Below, piece by piece: positions 40,556-50,652 of a DNA stretch of 64,000 nucleotides. The notes under the pieces are model-generated. The model worked only from the letters and a program-made list of their open reading frames with translations. It searched no databases and had not been told where the DNA came from. Within the stretch, counting starts at the first letter, position 1. Every line of letters starts with the position of its first letter. The translations under genes were made by a program, and so were the position numbers. Source of the stretch: an uncultured archaeon (GTDB lineage: Archaea > Aenigmatarchaeota > Aenigmatarchaeia > Aenigmatarchaeales > Aenigmatarchaeaceae); NCBI GenBank assembly GCA_964353745.1, contig CAYGWD010000001.1:3440-67439 (forward strand), written 5' to 3'.

Positions 40556-41653
40556 TCACTTCCTAATGTTACTAAAATAAGATTCATTCTTTAGTTTTAT
40601 GTTCAACTTGTATTTATCTATGAAGTAGTTGATTATTTCATTGAAAATGAAATCCAAATCCTTTGTGACTTTCCATTCAGGATAATCGTTCTTAAGTTTT
40701 GATATGTTGGATATCCACCATATGTGGTCGGACTCTCTTTCTTTTCCTTCCTCCCATTTCAAGTCTATTCCTGTTTTTGCCTTGATGGCATCGATTGTCT
40801 CGAAAATTGATATGGAATTGTCTCTTCCTCCCCCTATGTTGTAAACTTGGCCATATATTCCCAGAGGATTTGGTTTTGGTTTTCTAATAAAATTATACAG
40901 GGCTGCAGCAACATCAGAGCTGTGTATCTGGTCCCTTACTCTATAACCTCCACCAAATATTGTATATTTCTTTCCGAGGAGAGCGCATTCTATTATGAAC
41001 GGCAGATAACCGTGCATCTCAACAGCCTTAGAGTGTTTGCCTGTCAAGCAACCTCCTCTGAATGTCGCTGTCTTCAAACCATAATTAATTGCATACTCCT
41101 GCGAATAAAGGTCAGCAGCAGCTTTTGACACGCCGAATGGCGTATGGCCGCACCTGTCTATAGGCAATTGTTCGTCAAAGCTATCTATCGCAGTATTTTC
41201 AAATCTCTTACCAACGATTTTGTAATTAAAATAGTTTGGATAGTCACCATATACCTTGTTGGTCGACATGTATGCAAATGGTATGCTCGGATTAAGATTC
41301 CTTACAATTTCCAAAAGTAGCAACGTACCATAAGCATTAATCTGAAAGTCCTCCATGGGTATCTCTAGACTTCTAGGATGCGATGGTTGGGCTGCGAGAT
41401 GTATCACGGCATCAACTCTTTTTATTATATCTTCCATTGTTTCCTTGTCTCTAATATCAGCCTCTACGAGTTCAATTTCTTTTCTTCTAAAAATATCATT
41501 TTCATCAAGATTAGTCTTTATACTAGCATCATCACCAAATATTTTCCCTCTCATATTGTTGTCTACACATACTACTTCACATTTTTGATTAACCAGCAAT
41601 TCGCAACAAGCACTGCCTATAAGACCCGCTCCACCAGTGACCAAAACTTTCAT
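40556..41653 (-). CDS. NAD-dependent epimerase/dehydratase (extended SDR)
   Basis: VLVTGGAGLIGS Rossmann motif. YxxxK region. Confidence 0.7.
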   Translation of the reverse strand: MKVLVTGGAGLIGSACCELLVNQKCEVVCVDNNMRGKIFGDDASIKTNLDENDIFRRKEIELVEADIRDKETMEDIIKRVDAVIHLAAQPSHPRSLEIPMEDFQINAYGTLLLLEIVRNLNPSIPFAYMSTNKVYGDYPNYFNYKIVGKRFENTAIDSFDEQLPIDRCGHTPFGVSKAAADLYSQEYAINYGLKTATFRGGCLTGKHSKAVEMHGYLPFIIECALLGKKYTIFGGGYRVRDQIHSSDVAAALYNFIRKPKPNPLGIYGQVYNIGGGRDNSISIFETIDAIKAKTGIDLKWEEGKERESDHIWWISNISKLKNDYPEWKVTKDLDFIFNEIINYFIDKYKLNIKLKNESYFSNIRK

Positions 41654-42777
41654 TTAATCAAGCCTCCAAAGTATTTTTTCCTCTCCACCTCTGCCTGACC
41701 AAACTTGTCTACAGTATCAATATCCTGGGACCATTTAATCAATTCTTCTATACCCTTATTGAAAGTGAAACTAGGTTTGAATCCCAAGTCTTTCTTTATC
41801 TTTGAAATGTCAGCAAAATCATGCCTATTGTCCCCGACTCTAAATTCTTCTGTTATTTTTGGTTCTATGTCCGACCCTAAAACATCAGCAATTGTTTTTA
41901 CAACGTCTATCAAGCTCACCGGAACGCCTGTACCCACGTTATAAGAGTCTGTTTTGCTTCCCTTTTCCAAAGCCAAAAAAATTGCATTGGCAAAATCCTT
42001 GACATAAACATAGTCCCTAAGCTGCTTTCCGTCTTCATAAATTATAGGTTGATTATTATTCTTAATTCTACTTATAAAGATCGAGCAGACCCCTGTGTAC
42101 GGGTTGTTAAGGCTCTGCCTTGGGCCATAGCATGAGAAACCTCTGAGAGCAGTTGTAGGTATTTGAAAGGCATTGCCGAACATCATTGCTATTCTTTCTG
42201 TGCTGTATTTACTCAAAGCATAAATGGAAAGGTTTTGCGGCGGCTTATCTTCTTTTATTCCTACCGGCTCCATTTCTTCATTACAACACGGACAACGCAA
42301 CTCCCATTCTTTGTTTTTTAATTGCTCTATTGTTCTCTGCTCAGGATAAACAACTCCGTGCGTCTTGCATTTGTAGGAGCCCTCGCCGTAGATTGTCTTT
42401 GAGCTAGCAACTATTATTTTTTTAATGTTCTTCTTAATTTCAGGATTGTTTAACAATAATTCATATAGCATTGTTGTTCCGATTACGTTTGTGCTAAGGT
42501 ATTTCAAAGGCTGGTACATACTTTGCCCAATACCCGTAGAAGCGGCAAGATGAACTATTGCATCAATGCTTTCTAAAGATTTTTTCCATAAATCCATGCT
42601 AGAAATATCACCTTTGATGAATTCTGCTTTGTGATTGGTGTAATCTGGTTTTTTTCCGCCATGAATTTGCACATCAAGATTGTCTAGAATTCTTACTTCA
42701 TGACCTTTTTCTATTAACAAATCTGTGACATGGCTACCTATAAAACCTGCACCGCCTGTTACCAATACTTTCATCAA
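41650..42777 (-). CDS. NAD-dependent epimerase/dehydratase with Cys-cluster insertion
   Basis: VLVTGGAGFIGSH and YALSK. About 45 extra residues containing CKTH...CPCC between the SS.TIYG and YxxxK segments. Confidence 0.7.
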   Translation of the reverse strand: MMKVLVTGGAGFIGSHVTDLLIEKGHEVRILDNLDVQIHGGKKPDYTNHKAEFIKGDISSMDLWKKSLESIDAIVHLAASTGIGQSMYQPLKYLSTNVIGTTMLYELLLNNPEIKKNIKKIIVASSKTIYGEGSYKCKTHGVVYPEQRTIEQLKNKEWELRCPCCNEEMEPVGIKEDKPPQNLSIYALSKYSTERIAMMFGNAFQIPTTALRGFSCYGPRQSLNNPYTGVCSIFISRIKNNNQPIIYEDGKQLRDYVYVKDFANAIFLALEKGSKTDSYNVGTGVPVSLIDVVKTIADVLGSDIEPKITEEFRVGDNRHDFADISKIKKDLGFKPSFTFNKGIEELIKWSQDIDTVDKFGQAEVERKKYFGGLIK

Positions 42778-43736
42778 GTCACCTGAATTTTTTTATCTAA
42801 TGTGACAACTATTTTATCCATATATCTAGGATCTATTTCTCCAGTTGCCCAGTTAAATGGATAATGTGTTTTCTGAACACTCCTTATGTGTTTGTAGTTT
42901 GTAAAAGGATTTAAATATCTCTCTTTATTAACTACTTGACGCTTTTTTAAGCAATGCGGTATTCCAGTTATGGCTCTGCCAAAATAATATAAAAATGTGA
43001 AAGGATTTTTTATCTGAATTAAAAATGAAAATAAATATATTGGAGTGAATATCAACACATTGCTTAAGCTGTAAAATGTCCATAAATTCCATAAGTTATT
43101 TCTCATGCTGTAAGAATACCAAACCTTCCAATTTATTCTTGCTTTCGATGTATTAGGTTTATGGAATGTAATCGCTGTTCTTAACCTTTTTATTCCATAA
43201 CCTAGATTGAAAACTCTTGCTGTTATTTCTTCTTCTTGCGCATAAAGAAAATAATCAGAATCGTATAAAGTTTGACCAGCTTCCTCAATTATATCTTTTC
43301 TTATGGCAAAGCAACCATTTGTCATAAACAAGTAATCGTCAGGAGTTTCAAATTCGCAATCAACCCAACCGTATTTTGACCAGTGAAGAAAATAAGGGCA
43401 TACAATTCCAGCCTTTGGGTTTCTTTCAAATTCTTTAATGACCTCCTCTACCCAGTTTTTAGACAAGGTCATATCGCTTTCAACTATTCCTACATATTTT
43501 CCTTTGGAATTTTTAAAACCAACATTAGCCGCAAAACATAAACCTTTATTCTCAGGTAAAATAATTAACCTAACTTTAGGAAATTTTTTTCTTACCATTT
43601 CTATTGTCCCATCTGTAGAATTATTATCAACCACTATTATCTCATCGGGTTTTCTAGTTTGCTCAAGTATAGACTCTAAACCTTTTTTTACATCATCCTT
43701 TCTATTATAACTTATGAGAACCAAACTCATTTTCAT
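42774..43736 (-). CDS. GT2 glycosyltransferase
   Basis: MSLVLISYNRKDD and IVVDNNSTDGT. Confidence 0.65.
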   Translation of the reverse strand: MKMSLVLISYNRKDDVKKGLESILEQTRKPDEIIVVDNNSTDGTIEMVRKKFPKVRLIILPENKGLCFAANVGFKNSKGKYVGIVESDMTLSKNWVEEVIKEFERNPKAGIVCPYFLHWSKYGWVDCEFETPDDYLFMTNGCFAIRKDIIEEAGQTLYDSDYFLYAQEEEITARVFNLGYGIKRLRTAITFHKPNTSKARINWKVWYSYSMRNNLWNLWTFYSLSNVLIFTPIYLFSFLIQIKNPFTFLYYFGRAITGIPHCLKKRQVVNKERYLNPFTNYKHIRSVQKTHYPFNWATGEIDPRYMDKIVVTLDKKIQVT

Positions 43737-45257
43737 CTAAATTGCCTCTAATGTTTTCATCCATTGATTTTTGCATTCTTGTATTTGACCATCGAAATAT
43801 ATTTTTACCATCTTCCACTCTGGAGCAAATTTGAAGAATTTATGTTCCCATCTGAACTTTGCATCAAGTTTCAAAATTTCAAAAACTATCTTTTGCCATA
43901 TTTTACTATATCTTTCTCCCTTTTGATAACCCAATAGGAATTGGCTTAACATGGAAATTGTCTCGGTTAAACTTATAAATTCAGAAGTCCCCCACGGTTT
44001 ATTGTATGTCAAAAAATTATAGGTACCCCAACCTTCTAAAGTTTCTGGTGGCTTTAGACCATGTTTTATACTTTCTTCCATCAAATCCGTTTTTGCATAA
44101 GGTGTATATATCAAAACAGGATGCATCGTCTCTGGAATTATTTTATAAACTTCATTTAAGACATCTATTGTTTTGTATAAATCTTTAACAGTTTCTCCTG
44201 GAAATCCCATCATAAAGAAAAATTTAGCTTTTATTCCATGTTTTCTGGATTTCTTAGCACATTCGATAATATCGCTAACCTTTATGTCCTTTTTCATATA
44301 ATCAAGCATTCTTTGAGAACCTGACTCAGCCCCAAAAAATAGTGATGTACAACCAGCTTTTTTGAGTTTGTCTATAAATTCGTCGCTATAATTAGCAAAA
44401 TAATTACATCTGCACATTGCCCCCCATTTAATATTTAAATTTTCTTTTATCATCAAATCGCATATCTTTTCTACTCTGTTCTTATCTATAAAGAAATTGT
44501 CATCTGAAAATACCACTCCATTTATTTTATACTCCTTAATTAATATTTTCAATTCTTTTATTACTCTTTCTGGTTTGTAACTCAACCAATGTTTTCCATA
44601 AAATGAAGAGATAGCGCAAAAACCGCAACGGTGAAAACAACCTCTACTAGAACAATAACCAATTGATCTCGTTGATATGTCGTCATAAGTTAATTTATCT
44701 GAATCAACTTTAGTTATGTACTTTTCCATATCGAATGCTTCATAATCTAGCATAGGAAATTGGTTTATGTCAACAAAATCTGCATCAGGGTTATTAATGA
44801 TTTTACCATTCTCTTTATAGGTTATTCCTTTTATGTTCTTCAAAGATTTTTTATTTTTCAAGGCCTTAGCCAATGCTAGAATCGTTATCTCTCCAGGGCC
44901 TCTGACGATTATATCAATCAAAGAATTTCTTAGTGTTTGTTCTGGCAACAGCGATGCGTGAGATCCTCCCCATACGATTGGTAAGTTCGGATATTTTTCT
45001 TTCACTTTTTTAGAAACCAAAAGACCATCATAAATTGTTGTGCCTGACATGGAACCTATTCCAAAAAATATTGTATTATTACCTATAGAATCTAAGACAA
45101 TTTTTATATTGTCTTTTATGTCGAGCTCATTGACAATTTTTACCGTGCAGCCTGCTTTCTTTAAGCAGCTTGATAAAGCCATTAAACCCATAGGCATTTG
45201 TAAATTAGACTCTATTTTGAAACCATTTGGTGAATATAAAATAACATCATACTTCAT
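43737..45257 (-). CDS. B12-binding-domain radical SAM enzyme (paralogue 5)
   Basis: CSSRGCFHRCGFC. Closest in sequence to paralogue 3. Confidence 0.75.
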   Translation of the reverse strand: MKYDVILYSPNGFKIESNLQMPMGLMALSSCLKKAGCTVKIVNELDIKDNIKIVLDSIGNNTIFFGIGSMSGTTIYDGLLVSKKVKEKYPNLPIVWGGSHASLLPEQTLRNSLIDIIVRGPGEITILALAKALKNKKSLKNIKGITYKENGKIINNPDADFVDINQFPMLDYEAFDMEKYITKVDSDKLTYDDISTRSIGYCSSRGCFHRCGFCAISSFYGKHWLSYKPERVIKELKILIKEYKINGVVFSDDNFFIDKNRVEKICDLMIKENLNIKWGAMCRCNYFANYSDEFIDKLKKAGCTSLFFGAESGSQRMLDYMKKDIKVSDIIECAKKSRKHGIKAKFFFMMGFPGETVKDLYKTIDVLNEVYKIIPETMHPVLIYTPYAKTDLMEESIKHGLKPPETLEGWGTYNFLTYNKPWGTSEFISLTETISMLSQFLLGYQKGERYSKIWQKIVFEILKLDAKFRWEHKFFKFAPEWKMVKIYFDGQIQECKNQWMKTLEAI

Positions 45258-45314
45258 TTTAAATCACTTTAATTAAATAAACTGTTAATAATGTTTATAA
45301 ATCTTATAAATGTT

Positions 45315-46250
45315 TTATTTTTTAAATTTACCGTTTAAAATTCCTATAGAATAAGGAAAGATTAATATCCATCTAGCTATCCAACGAGGAAATGCTTTTC
45401 TAATTGATTTAAAGAATATTATCCAATAAAATAAAGTCCCTATGTAAATTAGAAATGCTAGTGAAAAACAAAGATATAAATTAATAAAATATGTGAATGG
45501 GGTTATTAAACCTAAAAAAGCAATTAGTGGTAGCAGCATGGTATAATAATATAACTGATCCTTTACTTTTTCTTTATCCATCATAACAGTTATTCCATAC
45601 CCCATATTAATTGCTGTTTTCCATAATCCTCTAAAACTTGTTTTATATTGATGGTAAGCTTTTATTTCTTCATCAAACCAAATTTTATAACCTCTATCTT
45701 CTATTTTTTTGCTTATAATCACATCTTCTGCATTAACTAACTCTAAAGAAGGCCAGCCACCAATTTTTCTTAAAGCATCTGTCCTAAAGTAAGAATTACC
45801 GCCAATAACTCCATTTGTATAGCCTGTTTCTAGCGTTTCAACTATATACCACAAATGATGCAAATGAGCTACCCAGTTCTTTTTACCACCCATCGGATGT
45901 CTGCCTGTTCCAGCAGCAACTTCTGGATGATTTTTAAAAACTTTTAGAATGTTTTTTACCCAATCTTTATCTAGAACGCAATCTGCATCAGTAAATGCTA
46001 TATATTTAGTCTTGCAATTTCTTAATGCAGTATTTCTTTGATTATAAAGTGCTTTACCTTTACTAATTATTACACTTACTCTATGTTTTCTCACAATGGG
46101 TATAGTTGTATCATTCTCATCATATACGACAACATAAGTATCGTCAGCTTTTACAGACTGTTTTTTTATACTGTCCAAACATTTCCCTATGGTATTTTCT
46201 GCATTTTTTGCACATATGGCAATTGTTAAATCTGATACCATATTATTCAT
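45315..46250 (-). CDS. GT2 glycosyltransferase with C-terminal TM helices
   Basis: LTIAICAKNAENT and FTDADCVLDKDW. Confidence 0.65.
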   Translation of the reverse strand: MNNMVSDLTIAICAKNAENTIGKCLDSIKKQSVKADDTYVVVYDENDTTIPIVRKHRVSVIISKGKALYNQRNTALRNCKTKYIAFTDADCVLDKDWVKNILKVFKNHPEVAAGTGRHPMGGKKNWVAHLHHLWYIVETLETGYTNGVIGGNSYFRTDALRKIGGWPSLELVNAEDVIISKKIEDRGYKIWFDEEIKAYHQYKTSFRGLWKTAINMGYGITVMMDKEKVKDQLYYYTMLLPLIAFLGLITPFTYFINLYLCFSLAFLIYIGTLFYWIIFFKSIRKAFPRWIARWILIFPYSIGILNGKFKK

Positions 46251-46280
46251 GTTTTAAATTCTGAAAAGCTTTTGATTTTT

Positions 46281-47309
46281 TTACGCATAATACAACCTCA
46301 GGCAGTTGTCGCACCTCTGTTTTCCGTCCTGCTTCGCTAAATTTTTCCTAAATGTCTGGAATCTTTCATTGTTCCATATATCCTTCAAAGGAGTTTTGAA
46401 TGCGTTGCCAAAATCTAATCCTTTTTCTCTTACTCTGCAACAAGGTATTATTGTGCCATCAACTAATATACTCATGCCCTGATATAGTTGTTTGCATGCT
46501 AACATCTTAGTAGAAAATTGGACTTTCTTTGAAGGTGAGAACTCATTGGAATTCCTCTCGACATTAGAATTATTCTCATCAAAGAACCAGTTGTCTGCCA
46601 AAGGAATGAATGGGACACTGAATGTTATGCCGTCAAAACCCATGTTTTTTGACATCTTAATCGCATCGTTGACTTGATATTCGTTGTGCTTCATTATTAT
46701 GAACTGCCAGAATATCAATGGGTATTTCTTTCTTCTTTCCTTTTTAATTCTTATGAGCTTTCTTATGTCAGGAATCACCTTGTTAAAGTCCCCGCCGGCT
46801 CTGTATTTCGAGTATGTGTAATCAGTCGTGCCGTCAAGGGCTACTACCAATATTTGCGGCGGATGGTCTATTATCTTCTTGACATCAAAAGTCAAATTGA
46901 AATTGCTCTGCACGACAGAACCTATCCTGTTATTATTGAGGTAGTCAATCATCTTGAATATCTCAGGATTTAAAAAAGGCTCTCCATTCAAACCGAAATA
47001 TACAGTAAAGATGTAATCCTTTACCTGCTCGGTTATGCTTTTAAATTCTCTAAAAGACATATTTTTCTTGTCTCTCTTTGATGTGTGAATTATCGTAGGA
47101 CATGAAGGACATCTTAGATTGCATGTGTTGTTCGTCTCTATGTCGAGATATTTCGGATAACTATATAATGAGGTTCTTTTAGTTCTCATCTCAATGTTTG
47201 ATAATGTAAGATTGAGTAGTTTTTTAATAGTCATATTTTTGAAGAACAAAGTTCCATCATATTTAATCGTGAATCGTACGTCTTGAAAGTTCATTTTATC
47301 ATCAACCAT
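46281..47309 (-). CDS. radical SAM enzyme with C-terminal SPASM/twitch domain
   Basis: CNLRCPSC (CxxxCxxC). C-terminal LVDGTIIPCC...GN...IW...C.NC pattern. Confidence 0.7.
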   Translation of the reverse strand: MVDDKMNFQDVRFTIKYDGTLFFKNMTIKKLLNLTLSNIEMRTKRTSLYSYPKYLDIETNNTCNLRCPSCPTIIHTSKRDKKNMSFREFKSITEQVKDYIFTVYFGLNGEPFLNPEIFKMIDYLNNNRIGSVVQSNFNLTFDVKKIIDHPPQILVVALDGTTDYTYSKYRAGGDFNKVIPDIRKLIRIKKERRKKYPLIFWQFIIMKHNEYQVNDAIKMSKNMGFDGITFSVPFIPLADNWFFDENNSNVERNSNEFSPSKKVQFSTKMLACKQLYQGMSILVDGTIIPCCRVREKGLDFGNAFKTPLKDIWNNERFQTFRKNLAKQDGKQRCDNCLRLYYA

Positions 47310-47527
47310 ATTCTATAGCATTTATCACATAAAAGTTTATTTCTTGTAGGTTCATGACACCACCAACAATAATGCATTCCCTTGTAAAATTTCACTTTCT
47401 TTCTCAATCCCATCCTCTTCAAAAAACTATCGTATTTATCCTCTAAAATATTAAGTATTTCAGGTTTAGCTGGATCTCTCATTTTTATCACTTCGCCTCG
47501 AAGTTCACGATATGCTTCTTTAAACAT
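47291..47527 (-). CDS. small Cys-rich (zinc-ribbon-like) protein, 78 aa
   Basis: C-terminal CWWCHEPTRNKLLCDKC. Overlaps the SPASM rSAM start by 19 nt. Confidence 0.35.
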   Translation of the reverse strand: MFKEAYRELRGEVIKMRDPAKPEILNILEDKYDSFLKRMGLRKKVKFYKGMHYCWWCHEPTRNKLLCDKCYRIWLMIK

Positions 47528-47544
47528 TTGTTACAATTTGAATT

Positions 47545-49047
47545 TTAAGTTCCTGGAACAAATACGTGATCTTGATTTCTTTTTTTAAGGAGAACCTTAA
47601 CTTTTTTAATTGTATAAAAAAATCCCTTCCCTTTTAAATATCTAAACGCACGCGATGGAGATTTGAAATAATTTTTAAATGCACTGAATGTCCATTCTTT
47701 TTGCATTTTTATTGATATAGCTTCTATTTCTTCTTTTTTCAACCAAGGATAACTTACAGGAGATGAGAAAGAACCATCATACTCAGTCCAATCCTTAGCT
47801 ACCAACCAACCATTTTTTTTTGCCTGATAATAGAAAGGTGTTCCTGGAAGCGGTTGAGCAGTATATATCTGAGCAGAGTCTAGGTCTAGATCTATCATTA
47901 ATTTTAATGTTCTTTCAAGGCTCTCTTTGTTATCCTGAGGCAAACCTACTATGAAATCCCCATGCGTATAAACTCCATATTTCTTACACATTTTAACAAA
48001 TTTTCTAACCTTTTCTTCACTCACCCATGCTTTATTTATATTTTTAAGAGTTTCAGGATTGGTACTTTCAACACCAAATTTCAGGCCTATAGCACCAGCT
48101 TTGACGAGAAGTTTCATAAGTTTTTCATCAATGTGAATAGACCCCATAAAGGCCCAAGGAATTTTTAATTTTCTTTTTAATATTTCATTGGCAAAATCTA
48201 CCATTCTTTCTCTATCGAAAGTCATTATATCGTCATCAAAATATATTTGTTTAGCCCCATGTTTTTCTTTAACATATTCCATTTCATCAACAATATTTTT
48301 TACTGACCTCTTCCAGTAAAATCCTGAAGGCCAAAATACTCTAACATTACAATAAGAACACATGAAAGGACAACTTCTTGAAGTTACTATATGAATTGTC
48401 GGTTTTCCTGCAATCTCAAAATCATGATAATGTTCACATGGTAAATCTTCTCTATCAGGATAAGGTAAAGAATCGAAATTTACAAATTCCATTTTAGCTT
48501 TGGATTTTTTTATTGCTCTTCCTTTACGATAATATAAATTATATACTTTATTTACGCTACCATTAGTTTCTATAAACTTTAATAAAGGTAGTCCGTAATC
48601 GCCTTTAATAACATAATCGATAAAACTATATTTTTTCATGACTTCGACTGGCAGACCAGAAGCATGTAAGCCTGTAATAATTAAAGTAAATTTTGATTTC
48701 TTTTTTAATTCTCTTAAAATATCCATACAAAGAGAAAAAGATATTGTAGGTAATTCAACAACCATCAGACCAGGTTTAAAATCTTTAACTGCTTTTATGA
48801 AATCTTCTTCGTTGTAATCTCTTGCTTGGGCGTCTATTGCTTTTATAGTTTCCTTGGTGTCCCTTTTTAAGATAGCAGAAGCATAACCTAAAGACCATGG
48901 ATATGGCGTGTAATGATCTTTTACCTTGGTTGCATTTTTTCCTCCAAGAGAATATGGTATACGCATAGTACAACCAAATCTTCCATAAGAAAAATGTCTA
49001 TTCATATCCTTTATGTATGCCGGACTGTTTGTAAGCAATATTCTCAT
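47545..49047 (-). CDS. B12-binding-domain radical SAM enzyme (paralogue 6)
   Basis: VTSRSCPFMCSYC. Confidence 0.75.
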   Translation of the reverse strand: MRILLTNSPAYIKDMNRHFSYGRFGCTMRIPYSLGGKNATKVKDHYTPYPWSLGYASAILKRDTKETIKAIDAQARDYNEEDFIKAVKDFKPGLMVVELPTISFSLCMDILRELKKKSKFTLIITGLHASGLPVEVMKKYSFIDYVIKGDYGLPLLKFIETNGSVNKVYNLYYRKGRAIKKSKAKMEFVNFDSLPYPDREDLPCEHYHDFEIAGKPTIHIVTSRSCPFMCSYCNVRVFWPSGFYWKRSVKNIVDEMEYVKEKHGAKQIYFDDDIMTFDRERMVDFANEILKRKLKIPWAFMGSIHIDEKLMKLLVKAGAIGLKFGVESTNPETLKNINKAWVSEEKVRKFVKMCKKYGVYTHGDFIVGLPQDNKESLERTLKLMIDLDLDSAQIYTAQPLPGTPFYYQAKKNGWLVAKDWTEYDGSFSSPVSYPWLKKEEIEAISIKMQKEWTFSAFKNYFKSPSRAFRYLKGKGFFYTIKKVKVLLKKRNQDHVFVPGT

Positions 49048-49067
49048 TTAATACACCTCACTCACAT

Positions 49068-49763
49068 TTATTTAATTGCATATAAAAGCAATGACCTTCC
49101 TAAGCTTTGAAAACCAAAAATGCCGAATAAAAAATTATAAGGTAATCCGACCGGAGCGAATCTTATTTTTTTAAACCCTATATTTGAAATTAAGTATTTT
49201 AACTTTGGCTTTGTAAACCAATGTAAATGTTCTACCTCATCTCCATACTTTTCCCAATGCAAAATATCTATGGGGTCACCTTTTAGCATTTTTATTCTAT
49301 TTGAAAATCTAGCAAAGTTAGGAATATAAATTATAACTCTTCCGCCTCTTTTTAATAATCTATGTGCTTCTTTTAGAATTGATACTGGATCTATTAAATG
49401 TTCCAATATGTCGGCAAATACGGCTACATCAAAACTTTCTTTTCTTAGCGGTAATGGAACTTTGTTCAAATCCCACTCTATGGTTTTTATACCTTTCTTT
49501 TGCACACTCGATAAAGCAACTTTAGATACATCAATACCGGTAACTTCACAGTTTTTCTCCAAAAAAAGTGAAGCTACGGTTCCATCACCGCATCCAAAAT
49601 CTAAAACCTTTGAATTTTGCGGGATTAAGTTAGCTATTGCTCCATTATTAGAATATTTTATTAATAATTTTGGGACCGATGGATTAATGGGCGGTACTTG
49701 AGTTTTTATTCTCTTCTTCCAGTATTTTTCATAATATTTATTTAAAGTTTGTATATATACCAC
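49068..49763 (-). CDS. class I SAM-dependent methyltransferase
   Basis: VLDFGCGDGTV. Confidence 0.65.
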   Translation of the reverse strand: MVYIQTLNKYYEKYWKKRIKTQVPPINPSVPKLLIKYSNNGAIANLIPQNSKVLDFGCGDGTVASLFLEKNCEVTGIDVSKVALSSVQKKGIKTIEWDLNKVPLPLRKESFDVAVFADILEHLIDPVSILKEAHRLLKRGGRVIIYIPNFARFSNRIKMLKGDPIDILHWEKYGDEVEHLHWFTKPKLKYLISNIGFKKIRFAPVGLPYNFLFGIFGFQSLGRSLLLYAIK

Positions 49764-49827
49764 CTAAATTACGATATTGTTGGATTATTTAAAATGTATT
49801 TTTAATTATTAATTCACCTTTTTAATA

Positions 49828-50532
49828 TTAATTTTTCACCCTGCAAACTATGAAAAATAAGTTATTATAGTCTTTGTCGAAATTAAGTTTTTTTATGTCT
49901 TTAATATTAACATTTTTAATGTTTTTATCCAGATAATCTTCCATAACAAAATAAGGCACAAATCCGCCTAAGAGGTGTATAATCTCCAATCTCATCACAA
50001 GTTTAGGGTTTATACCATCACCTAATCCTCTAAACTCTACTATCTCAAAATACTTTTCCAGCTCTTTCCTAATTTCTTTTTCTATGAACTCATGCTTGTG
50101 GAATATCGGAGTCCTGTTCAGACATCTTAATGTCGCCTCATGATCAGGGGTAGTCAATATTAATAATCCATCGTCTTTGAGCATTCTTCTGGCATTTTTA
50201 ATATATGTTCTATAGTCATCTAGATGTTCTATAACCTCAAAAGATAACACGACATCGAACTTGTCTTTTGATTTGAAAGAGCATGCGTCTGCCACTTTGA
50301 ATATTGCTTTCTCAGACGCAAAATGAGAATTTGCATATCTTATTAATTTTTCATTGATATCGATGCCTGTATAACTTTTTATGCCATTATTAACTAAGAA
50401 ATAACCGCTTTGCCCTAGACCGCAACCCATGTCCAATATAGTTTTGCCTTCGCAAAGTTTGCTTATATGCTTGAAATTCCTCAAGCTGTCAACTAGATTG
50501 TTTGAAATCATCATGTTTTCTATTTCATTCAC
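49828..50532 (-). CDS. class I SAM-dependent methyltransferase
   Basis: ILDMGCGLGQSG. Confidence 0.65.
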   Translation of the reverse strand: MNEIENMMISNNLVDSLRNFKHISKLCEGKTILDMGCGLGQSGYFLVNNGIKSYTGIDINEKLIRYANSHFASEKAIFKVADACSFKSKDKFDVVLSFEVIEHLDDYRTYIKNARRMLKDDGLLILTTPDHEATLRCLNRTPIFHKHEFIEKEIRKELEKYFEIVEFRGLGDGINPKLVMRLEIIHLLGGFVPYFVMEDYLDKNIKNVNIKDIKKLNFDKDYNNLFFIVCRVKN

Positions 50533-50652
50533 CTAAAAAATATGATTTTCTTATTTCTGCTTCTTTAATCTTTGTAAAAATTTTGGTATATGTTTTTCCT
50601 CGTTTTTACTTACAAGTATCAGACTGACTTTCAATCCTATCAACTCATGATT

